Of a stretch of 64,000 nucleotides of DNA, positions 1 through 12,688 are shown piece after piece. Below the pieces are notes generated by a model. It searched no databases. It was not told the DNA's origin and saw only the letters and a list, made by a program, of their open reading frames with translations. Every line of letters begins with the position of its first letter. The first letter of the stretch is position 1. The stretch is taken from contig JAYWIR010000004.1 of assembly GCA_036172245.1 (NCBI GenBank), positions 2,294,001 through 2,358,000 on the forward strand. Direction: 5' to 3'. The stretch comes from Raillietiella orientalis (lineage: Eukaryota). A program made the translations under genes and the position numbers.

Positions 1-3000
1 CGTTTCCTTGAAGACTTTTTGTGACACAAAGGTAATAGAACATCCATAGTGGCTTACATCAAGTTATTCCAAACATAGCTTGCACTGAAGACCCACGATT
101 ATCCAACGTATATTATAAAGGCATTGGAGAGAAGTATTTCTTAAGGATGCCAGCGTCTTCTCTATTTTTCTCCAACAATCCTCTTGACTTTCACAGCAAC
201 GAGATTTCTTATCTTTGCACGTGTCCCAGATATTGGAGATTCTTAATCAAAGCCTGACAATTTGTAGAACCAACTTGCAGTTCTGTACAAAGCTTACAAA
301 AACTACAACTTGGTTCAACCCACTTTGTATGCGGTGTCACTGAATTTGTCGTTGTGGTATCTGATAAACCAACGAAAGTGGAGCATCAAAGGTAGCACCT
401 AACTTTCATCGCCCAGAAGAAATAATGTGTATGAAACTTTATTGGATGAGCTCAATTCCTTTTCAGTACGTTTCTTTGTATTCACATAGGCGTATTCATG
501 TAAGTCGATAGGATGAAGGTCGAGTTGCTACCGCCAAAGTGTCAGTGGCATTCCCGTCTTCTAAATGTCAGTAGCACACGCAAGGCTATCAAAAACAGAT
601 TCTGTTGTTGTTGTTCCCTCCGCTACTTGCTGTTGGTTCTTGGTATTAGTTTGATTCTGCTTCCTTGATAAGCCACGCCTTCGATGCATGCATTTTCTGG
701 TATTCGTTTTTGTATCTAAAACTTATCTTTATAACTCATGTTGGTACGTTGGAAGTTTATGCTTACGCAGCTGTTTGCGGGAAGGTGGGGAATTTTGGAT
801 GGAAATCACCTTTTGTCTGCAGATGGGTAAGTTGCTAACGACACTTATCCTTTTGGATAAGTGTCGTTTTTTCAGCTGGGCTTTAAGTAGTTCCGGCACT
901 CTTTCACAATAGAACCGACTGTTTCTTTATGATGAATCGATCACATTGCCTTTTCCTTCCGTAAACCCCATCGATCAGTCTACCCACAGCCTCATCACTA
1001 ACAAACTACATTGAACAGTTCGATATAATGAAAACACTAAAACAAACGCTTTGTGTTTTCTTCATTTTCAGGCTATTGATTCGGAGACTGAAGTAGAGTT
1101 GGTATCATTATAGAGTTGACATGACCCAGTTTTCCTTACTAACTCTAACCAAACCAGTTGTGCCAGTTTGCTTTTCCCTTTACACGGAAGAGAACTGACT
1201 TATTTTTATTACCATTTAGAACCCGAAAACTAGGGTCCGAAATCGATTCAAAAGTTCTTTCACCGGGGTGTGAATGAGAGCGTTCTCGAGCACCGTGGAG
1301 CATGAAAGCATAGGCATGAAGTGGCGACACGCAGCTCCACTGTATCCGTTGGCATGGTGCTACCGCTCCAGCACAGCAATTCCCATCTCTGGTCTTACTG
1401 CTCTAATAATATGATGCTCAAAGATCATTTCCGAGATCTTCAGGAGTAAAAGGGCGACAACATCTCTCAGAATTGTTGGTCTCTTAGGTGAAATAGGGAA
1501 GAGAATGTGCTGTTGCCTAGTGTCCAGCGATGTGCAAAACCGTTTCGGAAATGTACACTGACGAATCGGATCTGATCGGTTGCAAACGGACTCAACATAA
1601 ATGTGAAAGGTCATATCGGCAACACTTCCTACATGAAGCGGAGTAAAAGCATTGTAAAGTGGACTGATCGGAATAGCGAGCCCAGTTCCAGTTTGGTTGC
1701 AACGATCGGAACGATTTTGCACCAAAAAAATGAATGTGCGATTGTAAAGCAATCCCAGTCACTCACTGTATACATAGGAAAGATTTTTGGCCTAGTGTGA
1801 GCTGCATGAACACTCAATGATTAAAAAAAACGACGGATGACATTACGTAATTCTATTCACTCCTCCCTAGACACAAAAGAAGTCTGGGAATGTGTAGAGA
1901 TCCCAAAATAAATAATAATTTGAAATAAATAAGCAACAGGGGAGAAAGTGTGAACTGGTATTTGAGCTCGCAAGAGGCAACGAGAGACCAATCTCCATCT
2001 AAGTCTGAGAAGACGCATCCATAAGAATGCATTCCTTCGTTTTCCTCTGGAGGTTTACCGTATGGAAACCTGAAAGCCGGGAAGCATCTCAGAACAAAGG
2101 ATGAGGAAACCGAATTCGGCCTCTCAACTATCATATTTGAAGAGTCACTGATGTGACAGCTGAGCATCCTCCAGAAAGGACTGCAAGCACCACCTTTTGA
2201 GACTGATCTTGTCTCATTATGATGACGACATTCTCATCCTTCTTAAGTGAGAAAGAGCTTAGTCACAAAAAAATTTTTAGCATTTGATCCTAAAATACTG
2301 TTGTGATCGGGGTCTCCGATGTGGCATGAGAAGGTTCTGACTGCAGGAACAAAGCTGACTTTCAGACTGCAAGGTAACTAAGAAATACCTGGAAAGAGCT
2401 GTCGGGAGCTGTCTTATTACAAGGATATGGTGGATTGTTAACTGATTTCGATATCATAGGAAGAACGAACTAGGCTTGAGAGCTAACGGATTCTGTGATC
2501 CAAAGATCTCGAAATGCGTCATCTCAGATTGGGATTCAGAACCACTGAGTTCCTTGGAGCTAGAGGACCGTGTTTAGGTACTCAGGTGAACGAAGAATGG
2601 GAATACAAACAGATGAAGGCAGAAGTTTCCATAATCTTCGCCTGCCTCTCTTCAAATCATCCTGTGATTCTCGAAGGCTTCCATTACATACGGTGACTCG
2701 CTCGTTGCTTCCAGTACACATGCCTGGAATACTGTACGCATCGCTTTCTCGGCATATTGGCTAAGGTCAACAAAACAGGATGAACAGAATCAAGTGATCT
2801 CAGTAGCACACGTAGGACGGACCTAATCGAAAGTCATCTTCAAGCAGTAGCTCACGTAACTGACAAATTTCTTTTCGAAAGGAATTTTGTGAGTTCGCTG
2901 CAGGCCTTGGAGGAGAAATGAAAAACTGGATTCAGAGGCAGAGATCCAGGAGATTTAAGGCGGAATACACGTCAGCATTTTTATCTAGAAAAAGGCATTG

Positions 3001-6000
3001 GGTTTAGATGAGGAGAGGAAGTCATGTGAGATCGGTTTCTTGAGTTCGGTGATATGTATTTTTGTCGGACCTGTCAGAACAAACATGCACGAACAGCAAT
3101 TTTTGATCTGAAAGAAGTCCAAGTCCTTGGAACCGCCAACCTTCCAAGACTCATAGTGTTGGCTTCTACTGCATTGTCTGGGTTGATCCCAGGAAAGCAG
3201 ACTGTTCTTCGTCGCTTGCTTTCCAGTAATCCTTCTCTTCTCTTCTTCTTCCTTCTCTTCCTTTTCCTCTTCACTTCCACAGATCCAGGTATTCCTTGAT
3301 ATTTTTCGCAATTTCATGCAGTCTGATCGTACGGTGCCCAGCACCACTCACCGAAATTCTTGTTCCTTGAATTTCTGCGGGGTTCCTTGTTCCGACTGCT
3401 CACGCGTCGCGTTGCTTTCCTGACAAAGTATCCGTGTGTAGAATCTCTTCGATGTCCTGGTGACATTTCCTCCACCTGCCCAGAAATTTTTCCGATGCTT
3501 TCCTTGCTCCCGGTTCTTCCTCTGACCGTTGCTTGGTCCTCCCTAGATGCAACGTGGAAATCAATTTCGTGGCTTGTCTCCGGAAGAAATGGCTTGGCTT
3601 ATCCTCGTCTGGCTCCTCAAACTCCCTTCCGCTGATCACAAAAGTCTGTCCAGTTCTGTGGCTTAGGAGGTTCCACTGAAAGTTGCAAAGTGAAAGCAAA
3701 CTTTCGATTGGTAAGCTACCCTTTCGATTAAATGGGGAATCACTCGAACTGACCGCATGACTGAACCCATCCTCGTGGTGAGGAGCAGCCTAGCAGCTGC
3801 TTCCAGAAGGCTCTGGTTTGGTAGACTCTGGTGTCCGTGGCACCGCGTGAGAGGGAGGCTCACTGGATGGTTTCGCAGTTCGCGTCTCATCATCGAGGTG
3901 TCGTAGAATGTTTTGGGAGGGAGGTGAGTGCCCGACGACATTGGGGAAATCCTTACGGGTGTCGTGTCAGGACAAGAGTCAGTTCATCCTCGATCTGATT
4001 GGGACATGCCCGCCACCATCGCAGCTGGCTAGTCTCCCAGTCTTCCCTATCAAGCCTGCGCGCGTTCATCCCCTGGGATTCTGGTAGTGACGGATGTGAG
4101 GGAAGCGTGCTGACCGGAGAGGATCACAGGATCACTGGTAGCAAGGACGCCAACAACCCGAAAACAGGTACAGTTCCGGAATCGAGCTGGCCGGCTGGTA
4201 TCGTCGTCACAAAGCGATACTAAAAAAGCTGCGACGGTCCACCAACCTACCTGTGCGCTGTCAAATTCTTACCACGAGTCTCGTGCCTCCGGGCAGGAAG
4301 GAGCTGTAGGAACGACTCCCTCAAAATGAGGAGTCTCCACCCGGTGTCATCCCTCCACGTGAAGAAGCGATTCAGCAGGGTCGGGGAAGACAGAGGTGTG
4401 GACTGGAGCGGCGTGTGGCCCACCAGACACAGACCCAGGAGCACCATGCCCATTGGGCGAGGAGAGCCTATCACGTGGCGGGACTTGAGAGAGTTTAGTC
4501 AGGAAAGATGCCCCCATTCTCCCGAGAGCACGCAGAACCTCCCGTCTCCGGAACCGTTCGTGCTGTCGTTGCTGAACACAGAAGGGGAAAGCACGCTAGC
4601 AAGGGATGAGGGATGGCGTGAGCGAATGAGCTAGCTGTGTAGTCGACTGAGCGCGTCGAGCTCCGCATCCGACGCAGCAGATCATTGAGCGTGGGGAGAC
4701 TGAAGATGTGGGACCGTGAAGACGTGCACCTCGCCGCACCCCGAATCGAGGGGACCTCCACGATTTGGAGTGCCCCGTCGCGTGCCCCCCGTGAGTCGAG
4801 GGGCACGCGCCGTGTTGAGTCACAGCCGGAACACCCTGCCAAGGACAACGGAGGGATGTACCAGCCGGCGACCGATCCCGACTTTCGAGACCACTCCCTG
4901 AACCTCTCTCTCGACGAAAGAGGGGTAGAATTTTGGTTTCCCTCGTTGCCACCGGGTGAAGTGAATGACGGGAAGTTGCTAAGCGCCCGCTCGGAGCTTC
5001 CACAGAGACCAGCTGCAGGTAGCGCTGGGAATAGAAGCTGAGGGAGCCTCCCTAGAGCCACCCGCAGTGCCCCTCGACCTAGAAAGGAGAGGGGGAGAGT
5101 GCGTTGTGGTTCTCACGGGAGTCAACCCCGCGAGGCAACTGGTGCGAGGTTGCCCGAGGGTCCTTCCCATCGGCTCCCTATCCATTGCGAAACGTCGCGA
5201 TCCCGCTCTTGCACCTGACGTCCAGGTGCGGCGCGGGTTCGTTTCCCGGCGATGTCTCGTGGGAATGCAGCGGTTCTTTCACTCCCGAGGGGCCGCGGGG
5301 GACGTGTTCCACGAAAGAAGTCGATGTCAGTAGGGAACTCTTAAGCTCACTTCCTCGCATCCCCCTCGCTGCTGGTTTGCTCCGTGCGATTCACGGGCAA
5401 TGAGGTGCCCCTGAAGTGTGGGGTAGCGCGCCGGTTCGTCTAGTCAACGGAGATCCTCGCACCTCGTTGAGGTCCATGGGACGTCCTTTCTGGAGAGCCG
5501 TCTTCCTCGGCCCAGGCTGCTGCAGACTTCAGTGGAAAATGAGCGATCCCCTAAGAGCAGCTCATCCAAGCAGCGTAGGAAGTGACAGCTCCTCGCCTCG
5601 AAAGGGGGGCGCCGTTCTTGTCGATGGAGGCAGACCCCCCCACCGGAGAGGAATCCGAAATGAAGCCCACGGAACCTTATGAGGAACTCGGCGTCTTAGG
5701 CGCTAGAGCAGCTGCAGACGCCTCCGTCACCCACTCTGCGCCCCTAAGGCGGGATTTTTCAGAACCACAGCAACTTCCCGCGAAGGTTCATTCCCTCCCT
5801 CCTACCTACTTCCTCCCATGGGAAGCATTCACTGATGCTTCTCGGAAGTTTTTGGGGAGGAAATCCATGAGGCTTGGGAGAGAAGGAAGGGAGGAGGAGG
5901 AGGAAGAAGAGGAAGAGGGGGCTTTTTCGGCACTTCCCCAAACACTCTTCCTGCGTTTCTCTCTCTCAAACCTTCGAAAAATCGGGGTAGCAAATTGGTA

Positions 6001-9000
6001 GACCTGAAGGTCTGTCTTGAGCTCTTCGAGGGGGAGGGAAGGGTTCGCTGCAGGAGACACGATGGCTCAGGGAGCCCGAGGTCATGCGTGGCTTGAAGGC
6101 AGGAAAGACGAGGGAGACTCGTCTTTCCGACCCTCCGGACACACCCGCGTCCGGTCCACGAACGTCGGCACCATGCGTCTCGCCCGGAAGAAATAAGGGC
6201 AGCTCCCTCCGGAGCATCTCCAGAGATGGCGACGCGTGCCCGCGCCGGAAAGAGGCACACTTTTCTGACCGCGCCGAAGAGGAGCGCTTCCCTGCTCCCC
6301 CTAACGAGGGAAGCTCAGGTGCGGAGTCACGCAAAGGGTACTCGCAAAAGTCGATCTTTCCCTTCGGAAGCTCATGAGGAGGCAGGGGCGCGACAGCTCC
6401 CTCCCTTCCTGCGGAACGGGAAGGCAAAAATGCTGTTTCGGGATACCCGGGGACGACAACAACAAGATGGCGCATCTCGTGGCGGGGTTGGGGGGTCACG
6501 GCTGCGTCAGGAAGCACGGGAGGTCGCGACCAGGGGCTTCTCGCCTTCCGTGCCCTCTAGATGGAACCCGCGTGTGAGAGAGAAGAGGGCGTCGGCCTCC
6601 TGCGACGTCGGCAGGTGAGGTTCATCGGGAATGTCCTCAGATGCGAGCGTTCCGTGCCCCTTTCCGAGGGTCTCTGCGCAGCAACTCCTGGGGAGCGCGA
6701 GGAAAGCGACCTCTGCTCGCTCGTGGACGGGAGAAGGGGAAGAAGGAGGCTGTGTCTCCCGCTGCCCTTCGTGCGAAGAGGCGGCACCCCGACAGCTGCC
6801 CTCACGGAAAGTCGGAGGAGCAACCGCCCCACACACGACCCCTGCTCCCGACTCTCAGGGACCCATTTCAGGCGCCCCCGGGCAGCATTAGCACAGCAGA
6901 GGCTTCGTGTTCCCTCTGTTCCCGTGGCAGACCTCGGGTTCTTCGTGAGCGATGCCCTGGAAAAAGGACTGCCGTGGGCGTCTTGCAGGCATTGCAGCCT
7001 TCACGCGATCCAGAACCGGCTAGGAAACCCAGGACGACCTGGAGGCTCTTACCAAAGAAGGAGCGAGCGGTCCAACTGAAGAACTAACCTGGGACCTCTT
7101 CACATGGACCTCGAGATCGTGTCCTGGGCGTGCCGCTGCTGATTCCTCTTCGCCTGATGGAGTTTTCCAGGTTCGACGAAGGCCTCCTTGCCGCCTCGCC
7201 GGAGAGGAATGGTGCCGCGCCCTCGTTCCCATGAGCACCCCCAGGGAGGAGAACCCTTAGGCTCCCGCTCCCAAAAGTAGATGTCCTGTGATGATCGCCC
7301 GGTCCCGCTCCACGCTCCTCCGTGCTGCGTCTCTGCTGGTGGGGGAGCGGCGGGCCATCGAGGCGATGGAAGCTGAACACAATAGCGCTGGGGACCCTCG
7401 GTCCATCCGGACCGGCGTCTCGTGCTCGGGATAAAACCCGGAGGAGCCGTTAGGAAAGTGCCGGCACTTTCCTAACGGCTCCGACGCCGAGGAACGCAGA
7501 AGCCGCACTTGCTAGAGAAGGAACGACCCTGGTGCCACCCTGCAGGTACTCCCAGGTCGCTGCTTGGCTTGCAAGCGTGTCAAAACCATCCAGTTCGAGT
7601 GAGGGGAACCCAGCAGAGTCATGTGCACGCCACCAACGAGGCGATTCGCCGCTACCTGTTGCCACCTGGGGGTACTTGCAGGGGGGCACCCAGAGTCGCT
7701 CTTTCTGATGAACGGAGGAGTCTCCGTTAGGGATGGATACTGTCCCCCTTTCCCCCCCTCTCCTTCTCTCCTGCAGCCGCACGTGCCAGGACTCTGTGAG
7801 TCATCGCGGAGGATGCAGGTTCCCTGCAGGATCAGTTTGCTGGATCCTCCTTGCGGAGTTGGCAGCACAGGTAATGGCGTCCCCTCCCAAGTGAGGTCCA
7901 TTCTGATCGTCATTTCCTCTGATGAGCATGGGGACGAGGAGTCCGTGCTTGGAGGATCACGAGCAGGAGCTTACCAGCATCCTGGAGAGGATGCAGAGGA
8001 CGCCAGGAAATCGACTGCGATCCCCCTTTCCCTTTCCCACCCACCTTCTTTCAGTTTGGTAGGAGATTGTGTATGTTTCTTTGGGGGAAGGAGGAGGGGA
8101 ATTCCATTTTTATTTTTTACTCCTTCCCGACCTTCCTAGTGAGGATCTCGCTTGCCCGCGAGCAAAGATGCCTCCTGAACCCGGAACAAATCCGGGAGTC
8201 CTGGTTCCACTATGAATGGATGACCTTTTTGTTTGGTAATGACCGTTTTCTGTAAAAAAGAAAAAAAAAACTCTACAACAAACGCCCCTCAGCGTAAACG
8301 AAGAAGAGCTAATTGAGGCCCAAGCCTGCAGCCAAAAGCAGGCTCTTATTCGGAGAAGACCCAAGAGATCATGCTGCAGATGCACCGAATTCACAAGCTC
8401 CCACAAGGGAAAAGAGGAGAGCAGCAGCTGGTCCAGCACCGAGAATTCCACACCATACGACCCCTCGACCATTTTCAAAAACTTGAATCCTGATTCGTCA
8501 GGATCAATTTCCCGAACGGCCGTTCAGCCCATGCAAAAGGGATGCTGGATGTGAACTTGGGAATCTTCACCTTTTTTTTTTTCCTACTGTTTATGGGGAA
8601 TAGGCGAAACTTTTTTCCTCGGAAGGACGCGTCCTTGGTGGGAAGCTCTGATCCAAGGGAAACTCGAAGAGCTTCTTCGCAAGCTTGATGTAAAGATTCA
8701 GATGTCTTCTCGGACCAGCGGTCACTCTAGGGTGTGACGAGTGTCGAGAAACTCTCCGAGCAGCGGTGAGAGTACTCCTCGAGATCAGCGCCAGCTCCCG
8801 ATGGCCGCGGGCTGTTCGCGTTCTTCATCCTTTTTTTCTAGAGGTCAGAAGTGGGCAGCGAAAGTTCTGATCCTCCGGGGGTTCCGGGAGGACGGGCACG
8901 CCTCCCGTTTGCATACCGTAGCTCCATTTTCGCCTGACGGCGCGCATGAAAAGGCAGATTCCAGGACGCTTCCTCGGCAACGCTCTGCTGTTCGTCGGGA

Positions 9001-9699
9001 GGAGCCGAAGCATCTTTATCTCGATGCAGCAACTCTTTCTCTTTCTCTTCCCTCCGCCTGCCTTCTTTGTGTCCGGTGCTCACGGAAGCCGCCCATCGGT
9101 TGCATACAGGAGGGGGGTGCGGCAGACGTGGTACACGCGCTCTCGCCAAAGAAAGGACTGATTGCAGCGTGATCCCAGGTGTGCCCTTGGGGTGGGTGAG
9201 GCAGATTTCGGAGGGTGCAGATCTCGCCTCCGGCTTTCCCCTTGTTAGAGTGATGCTCAAGGCGAATTTTGATTCGTGGTTCCTGCGTCACAGCCCGGAA
9301 ACTTCCTAGCGAATTCCCGCTGAGATCGATCCGCGGGGCCAGGAGCACGCAGCGCCGCTCCGAGCGAACCCCACGCCCATCCCAGAAGGCGCTACGATGA
9401 CATCGATCACTTCTCCTGTTCCCTTACCGGAGCCCTGCCGGAGGATTTGCCGGTGCTCCCGACAGATCGGTCGCTACGCTCTCCCTTTGAAGTCTTCTCT
9501 CCCGCGTCAGCAGACGCTGTGACCACATGGAGAAATCCCTTCCGGGTCGAGATGCTCCTGTTTCTCCGACGATCGGTCATAGTACCCACTGCCTGTGCCG
9601 CGGGAGCGTCCGAGGAGTCGAACGCCGAGCCGCTGCCGTCAACCCCAGGACGCGAGGGCTCCCGAGACGGAGCCTCCAGAGATGTACCGCTCCTTTCTT

Positions 9700-12350
9700 A
9701 GGAAATGTGGGCTGGGCACGAAGGAGAGGTGGCTTCTCCCCCGCGTTCTTCGGCTGTCAACACCCATCCCTCCCGGAGGCATCCTGGAGCAGTCCTCGAA
9801 GACAGGAGCTGGCGACCGGGTCCTTTCGGTAGGCAAGAAGACGCTCCCTTCCTCCTTACTCGCCCCTCTTCCCCGTTTCGAGCATCGCGTCGAGGGCACG
9901 ACTCTCTCCAGGGCCTGTCGGGAGAACGCCCATTCTACTCCCACCACGAAGAACCGCGACGGACGCTTCCCTACTGGCAGCTAACCTCCTTGCCCTCCGC
10001 AACCTGGGCGTTCCCGAGGGATCCCACCGTTTCAATACATGACGCGAGGCCGTCCGCTCTTTCCGCGCAACACCGTGGGGTGCCTCCGAATGATTTGCGG
10101 ACCCTTCCTGCCATTTTCAGTTCCTTCCGAAGCGGGGAAAGCTTCCCGGAGCATCGTCATTCCATGATCGCCTGTTTCCCGCCGGAGAAGGAGGGGAGTG
10201 GGGGAAAGGGGGAAAATGCCGGGGAGCGCGCTTTCCGAAACCCGGAAATACCAGGAAGTTCTCTGACCTTGCTCGCGGTCAGGGTTGGCGGTTGCTTCTT
10301 TGCGATAACCTCGCGCGACGCGAGACCTTCTCCCTTCCTTCTCGACGGGCGTATCCCGCCTCCCGTCGAGGAGGAAGAAAGGCGTTCGCAATTCCGCTTC
10401 TCGCTCACCCTCCACCGAGTCCCGGATTTCTTCCCCTCCCCCCTCCCTCCATCTCCTCCTCCCTCGTTCCCCTCGGCCCCGCCACTATCGTTCCCTTTTC
10501 CCCATCGCGCGCCCCCAGAGCGCCTTTTCCCCCCTTCCCCAGAGTTCCCCGGAGTGGCGGAGTCGCTCCCTCCCCACAGTCTCCCTCGTCTCCGGGCGCA
10601 TCTCCTCGGGCGGCGGCACTCTGATCGCACGCCCTTTCGCTCCGGCCGACTCGCCGCAACGCCCGCAGCCCTGCGTCTGCTCCGAAGGGGGAGGCCGGCT
10701 GGCAAACGACCACCCTTCCGGCAGATGATCGCGGGCTTCCTCCATCCTCGAGGACCACCACCTCCCTCCCCTGCGGACGCTTCCCCACATCCTTCCTGGT
10801 CCCATCTCGCTGGCCGAGCGTCGGCGAGACGTGAGCTGAGTGGGCTGCGAGAGACCGCTGCCCCATCCTGAGACTCGAGGAGATGATCGCCAACGCTCTC
10901 TGAGGAGGTCTCGTCTGCTAGGGGCGCACGGAGCGCGAGGGACGGTGGTCCGCTCCTGCTGCGAAGGAGGTGCCGACTGATCCCGTTCCTTTCTCCAGAG
11001 AAGGCCCTACTCCAGCTGCGATTCCGATTTCGAGAGCGGGAGCAGTGGCTGGGAACACACCCCGGGGTGGACCGCTCGACCCGTGAACCTCCACTCTGGG
11101 AGCGAACGGCACTCCCGTTCGGAAGTTCCCGGAATTTCGGATTGGAGAAGGCTACGGTAGAGATCCGGAAAGCCAGAAACGGGGCCAGGGAGAGGGAGGT
11201 CCACGCTGACCCCCCTCCCCCTCCCACTTCTCCCCGCACTCTCTGCCGCCGCGGGCTTGACATCTCTCGCGCTCGCGGAGCGCGCGCCCCGTCTCGTCTC
11301 TCGGGTTCGGAGGACGACGTGGCCACGGCGAAGCGATTCCGGCCGACGAAAGGATTTCCGAGAGCTGAGCAGAGGCGGGGGAGGAGACGGCGCTGCCGTC
11401 TTCTCCGCGTGTCGGTAGGGCTCGCCAGAGAGAGGCGAAGAGAGGGAAGGGGAGAGAGACTGGACATCCGGCCTCTCTCAACCCAGTCCTCCGTCCGCCG
11501 GCGAGCTACCGCCGCCGCCGCCCCGCATCGTGGTCGGCCTCAAGGACCAGGCGCACCGCCGGCCGGCGAGCGCAACGTCGCCGGACAAAGCAGCCCGCCC
11601 TCCGCCTCCTCCTCCTGGAGACCCGGCAGCTTGCCGGGGTCCCCCGCTTTTTCGACTTCCGCTCCTGGTAGCCGTCCTCGGGAGTCGAAAGCTCCGCCAG
11701 CGGAGAGAAGCTTCCCTCGTGGCGCTCACGCGAACAGATCTCGGACAGGAGTTGCCTCCTCGCGGCTCCCCCTTTCCTCCCTGCCCCCTATTTTTCACGC
11801 GACGCCAGGAAGCGAAAGAGAACTTTCAGGTGCACATGCGATGAGCAGAGCTCTTTGGAGATGAAGCAAAGGATGCGCACAGCGTGGCAGCAGAGGGGGG
11901 AAAGGCACGCGCACGCTCGGTGAGCGCTTTCGCCATTGGGAAGCAAAACGGCGGCTGCCAGGCAGCCTTTTCTCTCTCCTCTCTCTCTCTCTCTCTTTCC
12001 CCGCCACGCTCTTCTCCGAAACATACCCCTTTCGCAACGTCTAGATCCCGGTCAAGAGCGTGGAGCCACCACCGCCGGTATTTGCTAGCGCAGCGACAAG
12101 AGGAAGGCAAAATGATCCGGGAGTGCATGGTGGAAGGCGTGATGACGTTTTCACACGATTGACGACGACACATCGAGGCTTTTCCGCAACGTCGCCAGTC
12201 GGCGCGTGCAGCAATAAAGTGGCCGCCCATTGTTGCAGGAAAAAAAAAAAATCCACTCGTGGTCGAAGTGGACGTGGCCCCCCTCCCGAGCAGGAAAAGT
12301 GCGTATGCGATCCACCACTTCCTTTCCATCCAAGCCGGCGTTCTTGAAAT
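9700..12350. promoter_or_regulatory. Core of a CpG-island-like GC-rich domain; candidate promoter/regulatory region
   Basis: The 60-nt line at 11521 is 46/60 G+C with dense CpG. The region has a GAGA/(CT)n tract at 11971-11996 and G/C runs, and a strong plus-strand splice donor (CAG|GTAAGA, 12515/12516) follows it. No credible protein in any frame. Confidence 0.45.
11971..11996. repeat. (CT)n/(GA)n microsatellite, possible GAGA-factor element
   Basis: tctctctcctctctctctctctctct read directly. Confidence 0.85.
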
Positions 12351-12650
12351 TAGATTACGACGTGATGGTTTTTTTTTTTTTTTTTTAAATTCAGCGTTCG
12401 AACGAATGGGCAAAGGCTACTCGGTGACGTACAAAAAAGTGAAAGGATTAAATGCACCGCGTATTTTGGCACACTAAACTGTGAAACCAGCGATGAAAGT
12501 TCACAGAAAATGCAGGTAAGAAATAGGTTAATCAGTCGCTCTTTGTTTTGGCAGGAAGGAAAACTAAAATCTAGGGGAATGTTCCCACGTAAATTTGCTT
12601 GGTGAATTAACCGTGTGGGCGAAGTTAACTCGGGAATTGCTGCTGTCTTT

Positions 12651-12688
12651 TGTGTGTGTGTGTGTGTGTGTGTGCGTGCGCGCGCGCA
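12651..12688. repeat. (TG)n-(CG)n alternating purine-pyrimidine tract
   Basis: (tg)12 followed by cgtgcgcgcgcgca: 38 nt of uninterrupted alternation. Confidence 0.9.

Noticed and set aside
9705..11864. Long ORFs of 388 aa (+), 436 aa (-) and 265 aa (+)
   Set aside because: They overlap on both strands, have the Arg/Pro/Gly/Ser composition expected from stop-poor high-GC DNA, and show no domain or splice support.
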